Positions 26,516 to 35,405 of a stretch of 45,830 bases of DNA are shown one piece after another (position 1 is the first letter of the stretch; each line of letters opens with the position of its first letter). The position numbers and the translations under genes were made by a program. Below the pieces are notes generated by a model that was not told where the DNA came from, searched no databases, and saw only the letters and a program-made list of their open reading frames with translations. The DNA comes from Patescibacteria group bacterium (lineage in GTDB: Bacteria > Patescibacteriota > WWE3 > UBA101185 > UBA10185): NCBI GenBank assembly GCA_049297375.1, contig JBAQUF010000046.1:1-45830 (forward strand), written 5' to 3'.

Positions 26516-27085
26516 CTATTCAATAAGTAGACCAGCCAAATTCTCGATCTCTTCCTTTAACCCTTTGTTATGCGGTGTTTCAAGAACATAGTTATAGTTA
26601 CCCTGTAACTCACTCCTTGATCTTATACTTTTCTTTCCAACAACATTCATTCCAAGAGTTTTGCAATATTGAACAACATTGTTTGTACAAACATCTGTAT
26701 ACTTTGGTTCATCTGCTCCAACACAAACAACTATTGCCTTCTTTTTACTAAACTCATCTTGTTTATTTGCTGTATAAAGAACACTGCACCTGTCTATGAA
26801 GTTTTTAAATATTCCTGGAGGCATACTAAAATAGTTTGGACAAACAAACACTAATCCATCTGCTTGCTCCATCTTTTCCATAATTTCCTTCATATCATCC
26901 TTTTGTGCACACTCTAAGTTTTTATTGCAGTATTCTACACATCCTCTACAAAAACCAATATTCTTCTTTCTTAAGAGAATAACTTCATTTTCTATTCCTT
27001 TTTTCTTAAGAAATTCTTGAATAAAAAGTATTAGAGCTTCAGAGTTTCCTCTCCTTGGACTCCCACAGATACTTAATATTTTCAT
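26516..27085 (-). CDS. flavodoxin-like NAD(P)H-dependent FMN reductase / iron-sulfur flavoprotein family protein
   Basis: MKILSICGSPRRGNSE at the N-terminus, a CRGCVEYC cysteine cluster, and LVFVCPNYFSMPPG. Confidence 0.75.
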   Translation of the reverse strand: MKILSICGSPRRGNSEALILFIQEFLKKKGIENEVILLRKKNIGFCRGCVEYCNKNLECAQKDDMKEIMEKMEQADGLVFVCPNYFSMPPGIFKNFIDRCSVLYTANKQDEFSKKKAIVVCVGADEPKYTDVCTNNVVQYCKTLGMNVVGKKSIRSRSELQGNYNYVLETPHNKGLKEEIENLAGLLIE

Positions 27086-27145
27086 ACTAGTATTTTAGCA
27101 CTGTGCAGATTGTATAGAATGGAGAAAAGTAAAAATTAGTCAAAA

Positions 27146-29394
<2,249 letters not shown>

Positions 29395-29459
29395 AGATAT
29401 TAGACTAATACTAGACGAATAATAGACAAATGTCAATTAGTTTAAACTGGAAAAAATCC

Positions 29460-29530
29460 AAAAATGCGCTCCCGTGCATTAAGTCGAGCAGTCCTACCCT
29501 ACTACTCTCCTTTCACAGAAGCGCATTTTT
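29460..29530. repeat. 10 bp inverted repeat AAAAATGCGC / GCGCATTTTT with a 51 nt spacer at the left border of the G+C-rich island
   Basis: Read directly from the sequence. It lies between the Fic gene start and hairpin element A. Confidence 0.5.
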
Positions 29531-29540
29531 ATCCCCAAGT

Positions 29541-29600
29541 TTTTAAAAACTTACAGGATGTGAGTGTTGGCACTATTTCTAGTTTTCACTCACATCCCAA
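29541..29600 (-). terminator. hairpin/terminator element copy A (downstream of the 219 aa gene)
   Basis: Minus strand GGGATGTGAGTG-N20-CACTCACATCC has a perfect 11 bp stem (29556-29566 / 29587-29597). It is followed by TGTAAGTTTTTAAAA and is about 85% identical to copy C. Confidence 0.7.
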
Positions 29601-29621
29601 TATACTTAGACTTATACTACC

Positions 29622-30275
29622 CTAGTAAAGCCCACAATACCCAAGTTCCCTTACCCGAATGTGAATGGGCATTATGTGCTTCATATAACTTGCCACAGCA
29701 TCTTCTACATTCCGATACTTGTTGGCACCAGGGTTCCGTCTATGATAGGTGATGTTATCCCGAAGGTCTTCCTCGGTACTGCCTCCATTTAAAGAAGCCG
29801 CCCACAATACCATTCGTTCCCCTTTGGCAGCGGGTTCTTTGTCATAAGCAGCCTGGCCATCACCACCAGTAAACCGACGGTACAAACTTAGTGCCTCAGA
29901 GCTAGGCTGCCAGCTGTCAGGCATATAAAGGGTTCTGCCACATTTCGTAGCGGAAAACCACTCTCCCTCTTCTTTAAGAAGAATTTCATCCTGATCAGGA
30001 TGGCCTATCAAGGCAATGACCGTCCTACCCCCTACCTTAACAATGTTGTAGGGAACTGATGGATTCCTAAAGTCCAATCCTGTTTTGTAATGCAGGACTG
30101 GGCCACCTGGAATCTGAAAATAATGCCATCCGTTCCTGTTTACCGGACAGTCCTTAAGAAACTCTATTTGATCGAAATAGAGTTCCGGCCAACGACCTCT
30201 CATACAATCGTTGGATGCATCAGAGATAGCGCAGGTCAACGAATCAAAACTTGGAGCAGTTTTTGACTTTGCCAT
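29622..30275 (-). CDS. hypothetical protein (island gene 4)
   Basis: G+C-rich ORF. AAGGAGGT lies 7 nt upstream of the ATG at 30275 (MAKSKTAPS...). The track's ATG at 30281 sits too close to the SD. No recognised domain. Confidence 0.6.
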   Translation of the reverse strand: MAKSKTAPSFDSLTCAISDASNDCMRGRWPELYFDQIEFLKDCPVNRNGWHYFQIPGGPVLHYKTGLDFRNPSVPYNIVKVGGRTVIALIGHPDQDEILLKEEGEWFSATKCGRTLYMPDSWQPSSEALSLYRRFTGGDGQAAYDKEPAAKGERMVLWAASLNGGSTEEDLRDNITYHRRNPGANKYRNVEDAVASYMKHIMPIHIRVRELGYCGLY

Positions 30276-30534
30276 TTTCATACCTCCTTCAGGTTATGAC
30301 TTCCCGCAGGCTGGCGGGTTAAATTAAAGGATTTCGTGACAATTACATCACAATCTGTTACACAGAATCTAGCTATAATCGGCTAGAAAATCCCCTGCCC
30401 AGAGTTGGGCTCTTCTTTCTTCTATAACTCCTCGATCTATATTCTGATCAAGAAGTTATCTAAACCTATGTTAATTTCTTTCGTTTTTCTCCTTTCTATT
30501 TTTGGGTTTTCAGAACTTTTCAATTTTTGAAAAG

Positions 30535-30592
30535 CTCAAAAAACTCGGGAGGTATATTGGCATCTTTCCAGATATTCCAACTACCTCCCAAG
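30535..30592 (-). terminator. hairpin/terminator element copy B (downstream of the Csx3-like gene)
   Basis: Minus strand TAG-TCTCTTGGGAGGTAGTTGG...CCAATATACCTCCC-GAGTTTTTTGAG. It shares the TAGTCTCTTGGGAGGT junction with copy C. Confidence 0.7.
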
Positions 30593-30595
30593 AGA

Positions 30596-30907
30596 CTAAT
30601 CGATCAGATCCCCAGGTAAGTACAGATTACTATGGCAAACTGCCACAACGTATCTTCCTAACTTAGGATCAAACACAGCTACGGTCTCGTACAAGTGTAA
30701 CAGACCGTGGGCAATAGCAACGGCCACAGGCAGGGATGCCGGGCCGTTGATCTTGATGATAGAACCACCAGGCAGTTTGCCAGAGGCCTTCATCCCATCA
30801 ATTCGAACGGTAGCGTCCCGCACAATAACATTATTTTGTGCAGGTTCGTTGGAATTAAATCCAACTGTCAACACATCCCCCTGGATATCAATCAAAAACG
30901 AAGCCAT
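30596..30907 (-). CDS. csx3: Csx3-like protein (CRISPR-associated Csx3/Crn3 cA4 ring-nuclease family)
   Basis: 103 aa. INGPASLPVAVAIAHGLLHLYETVAVFDPKLGRYVVAVCHS parallels, from memory, the Csx3 core (...SGRGPIWLHCFLAHKYHH..FVAVYDPRLGAVVVQSHS of the A. fulgidus protein). Size fits the family. AAGGAG lies 5 nt upstream of the ATG. Confidence 0.72.
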   Translation of the reverse strand: MASFLIDIQGDVLTVGFNSNEPAQNNVIVRDATVRIDGMKASGKLPGGSIIKINGPASLPVAVAIAHGLLHLYETVAVFDPKLGRYVVAVCHSNLYLPGDLID

Positions 30908-30920
30908 TTTTCTCCTTTTT

Positions 30921-31529
30921 CTATTGTTCTTGTTTCTCCAAAGTAACTAGAGAAACAAGATGATTTGCAAGAGCTTTAACCATTGATCGACAGGAATTAT
31001 CCTCACCTCTTTCAAGATGATGAACACTTCCTCGAAGAATACCGTCTGGAGCAACTCCTTCGACTATATCTTCAGTGCCAAAGTAATCAGAAAACACTTC
31101 AGCAACGATCGTAAGCCCTAACTCTGCACAAAACTCACGCCATGGTTCCATTCGCTGGCCCCATGTTTCATCCTTCCAGTTTCCTGCCAGGATTACTGCG
31201 TGAGTGGCGTGCGACATAATCATCCGATTTTCATCGGAGGTTCGCCCGCCTACATCGATAATGGTGAGAGGGGTGGTGGCTTTTTCAACCCACTCAGCCC
31301 GAACTGCGGCAAACTCAGGAGTGAATTTGGACTTGTAGTCCGTTTTCAACTGCTGGGCAAGCTCTGGATCGTTCTGAGCGGCTTCACTAAACCACGCCCC
31401 TTCACCATCAGGACACGCCGTTATAACATACGGGTACGGCGCACCCTCAATCCGTTTGATTGCCTGCTTCAACCCCTCTCGCAGGCAGGACTTCCCTGAA
31501 TGGGGAGGTCCACAAAGAACAATTTTCAC
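30921..31529 (-). CDS. small P-loop NTPase (the ATPase module found fused to Csx3 in other genomes)
   Basis: 202 aa with a GTG start after GGAG. Walker A is LCGPPHSGKS and a Walker-B-like LTIIDVGG is present. The stop is 13 nt upstream of the Csx3-like start. Confidence 0.75.
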   Translation of the reverse strand: MKIVLCGPPHSGKSCLREGLKQAIKRIEGAPYPYVITACPDGEGAWFSEAAQNDPELAQQLKTDYKSKFTPEFAAVRAEWVEKATTPLTIIDVGGRTSDENRMIMSHATHAVILAGNWKDETWGQRMEPWREFCAELGLTIVAEVFSDYFGTEDIVEGVAPDGILRGSVHHLERGEDNSCRSMVKALANHLVSLVTLEKQEQ

Positions 31530-31650
31530 CTCTACTCCTATAGGATTAACTCAATTCTGCCTATTATAGATAACGACTTGAGCTTTGATTAGCCGCCTCT
31601 CAAAAAGAGGTAATAGCGCTTAAAACAGCACTAGTATCTTTCTTTGAGAA

Positions 31651-31707
31651 AAATAAAAACTTGCAGGAGGTGAGTTGGCACTATTTTAGTTTCCAATCAC
31701 CTCCCAA
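31651..31707 (-). terminator. hairpin/terminator element copy C (downstream of the 672 aa gene)
   Basis: Minus strand TAG-TCTCTTGGGAGGTGATTGG-N16-CCAACTCACCTCC-TGCAAGTTTTTATTTTT. The stem is 8+4 bp with one bulge. Confidence 0.7.
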
Positions 31708-31711
31708 GAGA

Positions 31712-33730
31712 CTAAACCCCAAATGAGCCAGACTCTATGCCCAGTTCCTCTTCAATACTTCTTACAGCATTGATTTGGTCTGGGGTGCATCCTTCAACAG
31801 GCATTTTAACAACCTCATATAGTCCGTTGAACATTCTTAAGGCGAGCTCTTTCTCGCTCACCTTCTCCCAATAGTAATGCCCGTCAGACTTATGTCTGGG
31901 AACATCATCACTATCTTTTTCACGAAGATGCCCATCGGGTTCAATTACCCACCCATCTCCTTGATTAGTTTTACCCCCTCGACGATGCCATACCTCGAAG
32001 TGAACCAAAAGTTCACCTCTATCTTGCTTTTCTTTCAGAACCTTTAAGTTGCTTTCGATGTCCTGAAATCTGGCAAGAGTCTTCTTAGCATCCCGAACCC
32101 AGCTCTCCAGGTTGGGCCATCCCTCTGTAGAGGGCATTATGTCAAGACCACTCTCTTGAGCGATCTCTTCAATTTTCCCCTTTGATATTTCATCAGCCAC
32201 AGAAAACCAAGGCTGGCTTACCAATTGGGAAACCTTGTTTTTTAAGACTTCTGCTTCCCCTCTCAGGGCGGTCCTTTGTTCCAGCTCACAACCCTCTAAG
32301 TGATAAGCTTGTTTTTCTTTTTCAAGCCTAACAAACAACCTCCCACGAGGTTCGACATTATGCTGATCCTGGCCATTCCAGCCAAGATTCAACACGAATG
32401 GATCGGTCGAAATAACTTCGCCAGTTTCCTCATCACTCAAGACAAGATTGCCTTTGCAATCTTGATAAGTACCAACTAAAGTGACAATTCTACCAATCCA
32501 TTCCTTCGGAACATGACCCCAAGGTGCGGTGCCTTTGGCCACATAGAATGCAGGATCGCGCTTGGCATCAGCCATCTTCCAAGTCACCCAAATTTCGGTC
32601 ATTAATTTACCATCTTTGACGAACAGGGCGTAAGGACGTATCTTGTATCCACCTTCTGGGCGGATGAACAAAACATCACCTTCATGAAGAATCACCATAA
32701 CTTCTGGCCAATCGTAGATCATGCCAGCAGCTCCCTCCGCACCTCGCCCTTCGGCGAAGATGATAGGATCACCTCGCCAAACTAAAACCTCGGGATTCGA
32801 CCCGCGGGTGTAAACCCAAGAGGTCGAGACCTTGACCAGGAATCCTGCTTCAGCCTTTGGTGCCTGAGCCAATCCGTACTTTCGCTTTATCGTTTCCTGC
32901 TCCCAGGAGTAACGAGCCGGGATGGTCTTTTCTTCCAAAACCACTACGGCAGCCTTGGTCAAACGGCCTTCAGCTTCAAAGCCCACAAGCGGCAGCTCCA
33001 ACAAACTGCGACCACGTCCACTTTGACCCAACGACACAACCATTCCGGTAGCGCCGTTTGTCAATGCGATACCTTCTTCCACGCGGCCACCTTGCCAGGT
33101 ATAAGCCAGAAGTTGGTTGGAGAGGAAGTTGAGGTTTGGGGCTGTGGTTGGAGAATTAGCCATTGCAGCTTCTGCTACTTTCAGCGCCTGAATGTTTTCA
33201 TAATCTTTCCAGGTTGCCGTCTGCAGACCAGTTGTGTCATACCAAAGTGCACGAGGTTCAAACTTACAACCACCAGAGAGGATAACCTTGATAACATCAC
33301 CAGGCTTCATGATAACAAGACCATCAGTCCAGCTACCAATCCGGCCAGCGTCGCCATAAGCGCCCCATCCTTCAATTATCTTCTCAGGTTTGCCAGCAAT
33401 CGTTTGCCAGCGACCTGAAGTGTTCCTGGTGTACGTGCCTTCGGTGTTGATGCGCACAATCACCCTCTCACTAACTTCGCTCGATCGGGTAAGAACCCAG
33501 AACTTGATTTCAGGTTTACCGTTGCGAGCGGGAATCGTGATCTGCTGCAACTCGGCATCCACGACACGACCATTAGCAGCAACTTCTGGGGGATTCCGAC
33601 GGGAAAAACCGACTTTCTCATAGCGGCGACCCCGACCAGCCTCACCCAAGAAAATCACCTTCCCCAGCTTCTCATCCTGAGTAAGTGGGAGACCACCAAC
33701 CAACGAACCAGAAAAATTGTATGTTTTCAT
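31712..33730 (-). CDS. large protein of unknown function with a tandemly duplicated ~160-residue N-terminal domain (island gene 1)
   Basis: 672 aa G+C-rich ORF with AGAGGA 5 nt upstream of the ATG. Residues ~25-178 and ~231-388 align: LG[EQ][AS]GRGR, TIPAR, EG.GA.G.AG.I..W....VI...GDV, GG.K..P.AL. Coiled-coil-like middle region. No known catalytic motif recognised. Confidence 0.75.
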   Translation of the reverse strand: MKTYNFSGSLVGGLPLTQDEKLGKVIFLGEAGRGRRYEKVGFSRRNPPEVAANGRVVDAELQQITIPARNGKPEIKFWVLTRSSEVSERVIVRINTEGTYTRNTSGRWQTIAGKPEKIIEGWGAYGDAGRIGSWTDGLVIMKPGDVIKVILSGGCKFEPRALWYDTTGLQTATWKDYENIQALKVAEAAMANSPTTAPNLNFLSNQLLAYTWQGGRVEEGIALTNGATGMVVSLGQSGRGRSLLELPLVGFEAEGRLTKAAVVVLEEKTIPARYSWEQETIKRKYGLAQAPKAEAGFLVKVSTSWVYTRGSNPEVLVWRGDPIIFAEGRGAEGAAGMIYDWPEVMVILHEGDVLFIRPEGGYKIRPYALFVKDGKLMTEIWVTWKMADAKRDPAFYVAKGTAPWGHVPKEWIGRIVTLVGTYQDCKGNLVLSDEETGEVISTDPFVLNLGWNGQDQHNVEPRGRLFVRLEKEKQAYHLEGCELEQRTALRGEAEVLKNKVSQLVSQPWFSVADEISKGKIEEIAQESGLDIMPSTEGWPNLESWVRDAKKTLARFQDIESNLKVLKEKQDRGELLVHFEVWHRRGGKTNQGDGWVIEPDGHLREKDSDDVPRHKSDGHYYWEKVSEKELALRMFNGLYEVVKMPVEGCTPDQINAVRSIEEELGIESGSFGV

Positions 33731-33783
33731 TTTTCCTCTTTTCCATTTTTCTCCAAGGGTTAAATTTTACCCAATGGTTGGCA

Positions 33784-33827
33784 CATACATACATAAGATA
33801 TAGGTGACATGCAAGAATGTATGTATG
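33784..33827. promoter_or_regulatory. 11 bp perfect inverted repeat upstream of the 672 aa gene (candidate operator)
   Basis: CATACATACAT (33784-33794) and ATGTATGTATG (33817-33827) with a 22 nt spacer, 54-97 nt upstream of the start at 33730. Confidence 0.4.
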
Positions 33828-33927
33828 CACACAATCATTTGGCAAAATACAAATGAAAATATTTAACTATTCTTGGGATATTTAATTGTAAAAGTACTCT
33901 CTTCTCTCTTACTTACTATCTGGTTTT

Positions 33928-33952
33928 GGTACTGTACTTTTTGTACAGTACC
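33928..33952. promoter_or_regulatory. perfect 10 bp palindrome GGTACTGTAC-TTTTT-GTACAGTACC
   Basis: Read directly. No flanking T-run on either strand, so a protein-binding site is more likely than a terminator. Confidence 0.35.
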
Positions 33953-34357
33953 TAATCAGAAAGCAAATGCTTAACGTACTTTCTCCTTTGTGTAACAGTC
34001 ATAAATCTACTTACTACAAAGGGTAGGTTTTGTAACAAACAAATTGATGTTTATTACCGTGTTTTTAAGTCTCTTTTATTTGAGCCACTCTGTACTCTAA
34101 AAGTACCAGATTCTCTAATTCATTCTTTTAGTCATTCCTAAATTTCTTTGTTAGGAGGATATACCTTCTAACAACCTCATTGGGTAGGAAATATTAGGCC
34201 GACATTTGCTTAAGATAATTTGTCTTAGGCAAGAATCTGTCTGAGATATCGGTAGGTCAGTTTGAGCTCTCTCCTTTATTAAATTAGGTAAAGTACCTAA
34301 AACTTTAAGAGTCTAAAAAGTGTTCCGTATATCTTGGGCAGATTTCTACCTAAGAAA

Positions 34358-34388
34358 CTAAAAAAGCTCGGTTTCTTTAACCCGAGCT
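34358..34388 (-). terminator. hairpin plus T-run inside the ORF-free gap
   Basis: AGCTCGG (34365-34371) pairs with CCGAGCT (34382-34388). On the minus strand it is followed by TTTTTAG. The plus-strand T-tract is weaker. Confidence 0.45.
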
Positions 34389-34502
34389 ATACTTTTAGCT
34401 TTAAACCTTGTTAACTAAGGTTCGGGTAGGAACAAGCTTTAATCATTATATTTTAAATGTCCTCTCTAACTTTCTAAATATATTGTATCTCATAGTTTAA
34501 TA

Positions 34503-34611
34503 TTTGTCAAGTAGTCATTAACATTGTCATTAAGTATTTAACAACCTATATTTCTTGATCGATAAATATATCATACTATAGGTACATATGTTTGTCAAGT
34601 AGTTATTGACA
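34503..34611 (+). promoter_or_regulatory. two copies of TTTGTCAAGTAGT[CT]ATT[AG]ACA, 88 bp apart, upstream of the TrmB-like gene (promoter/operator candidates)
   Basis: Copies at 34503-34523 and 34591-34611 are 19/21 identical. Copy 2 contains TTGACA, followed 14 nt later by TATAAT (34625-34630), which lies 10 nt from the ATG. Confidence 0.45.
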
Positions 34612-34640
34612 GATAATTTAAACTTATATAATCTGTACCT

Positions 34641-35405
34641 ATGTATAAGAATGTTCTTGAAGACTCAGGATTAAAATCCGGAGAAGCAGAAATTTATGAC
34701 TTACTACTCCAGTATGGAGACTCCCCTGCTTCAGAATTGACTTCTAAAACAAATCTTAAAAGAGGAATGATCTATAAATTTTTAGATGACTTAAAAAAGA
34801 AAGCTCTAGTATCTACATACTCCAAAAACAAGAAAACGTATTTTAGAGCTGAGCATCCCCACAAGTTAATGCAAAAAATAGAAGGAACATTACAAGACTT
34901 TCAATCTCAGAAAATAGCTCTTGAAGCGATACTTCCTGAACTTGCAGAAAAGTATAATCAAAAACAACTCAGACCAACGGTTGTTAGCTACGAAGGAATA
35001 CGTGGAATTAGAAAGGTATTCAAAGACATATATGCACCTAAAGATGAACCTGTGTATGGATGCGTAGATGTAGAATCTTCTGAAAAAGCTGTTTCTAATG
35101 AAGTAGTAAAAGACTTAATACCTTTAAGAATCAGAAACAACGTAAAGGCAATTAGCTTTATTGGCAAATCTAGACTAGGAGAGCAAATTCATGCTAAGGA
35201 TAAAGAATCTTTAAGAGAGAGTATCCTCTTAGATAAAAGGAGGTATCCAATACCTGCAGAAATTGATGTTTATGAAGATAAGGTAGCACTATTAAGCTTT
35301 GAAAAAGGAAACTTTTCTGGGATATTGATTCAAAACAAGGATATTGCCACATCCTTAAAAACAATATTTAAATTAGCTTTTAGAAAATCTGAGGTATGGG
35401 ATTAG
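34641..35405 (+). CDS. TrmB-family transcriptional regulator
   Basis: 254 aa. The N-terminal wHTH LEDSGLKSGEAEIYDLLLQYGDSPASELTSKTNLKRGMIYKFLDDLKKKALV is typical of TrmB. Confidence 0.85.
   Translation: MYKNVLEDSGLKSGEAEIYDLLLQYGDSPASELTSKTNLKRGMIYKFLDDLKKKALVSTYSKNKKTYFRAEHPHKLMQKIEGTLQDFQSQKIALEAILPELAEKYNQKQLRPTVVSYEGIRGIRKVFKDIYAPKDEPVYGCVDVESSEKAVSNEVVKDLIPLRIRNNVKAISFIGKSRLGEQIHAKDKESLRESILLDKRRYPIPAEIDVYEDKVALLSFEKGNFSGILIQNKDIATSLKTIFKLAFRKSEVWD

Larger units (their letters stand above)
29541..33830. other. compositionally distinct (G+C-rich) genomic island carrying four minus-strand genes
   Basis: Hand counts give 37/60 G+C in 32701-32760 against 15/60 in 28021-28080. The shift is abrupt at both borders. 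No integrase, transposase or tRNA sits at the borders. Confidence 0.7.

Noticed and set aside
29567-31692. TGGCAC-N5 strings in the plus-strand loops of hairpin copies A and C, considered as sigma-54 promoters.
   Set aside because: The -12 element is CTAG/TTAG rather than TTGC. The strings sit on the strand opposite the genes, and no plus-strand ORF follows.
29541-31707. The three hairpin elements as integron attC sites, making the island an integron cassette array.
   Set aside because: I found no RYYYAAC / GTTRRRY core pairs at the stem bases, no intI gene or attI in the window, and each element has a T-run typical of intrinsic terminators.
33928-33952. TACTGT-N9-ACAGTA palindrome as a LexA/SOS box.
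   Set aside because: The E. coli-type box is CTGT-N8-ACAG, so the spacing here is one nucleotide too long. No SOS gene is adjacent and LexA box consensus differs between phyla. It is kept only as a generic palindrome.
33731-34640. A possible degenerate CRISPR array or tRNA/att site in the ORF-free gap next to the Csx3-like gene.
   Set aside because: No 25-40 nt direct repeats at regular spacing are present. There is no T-loop (GGTTCRANYCC with a paired stem) or cloverleaf, only isolated hairpins.
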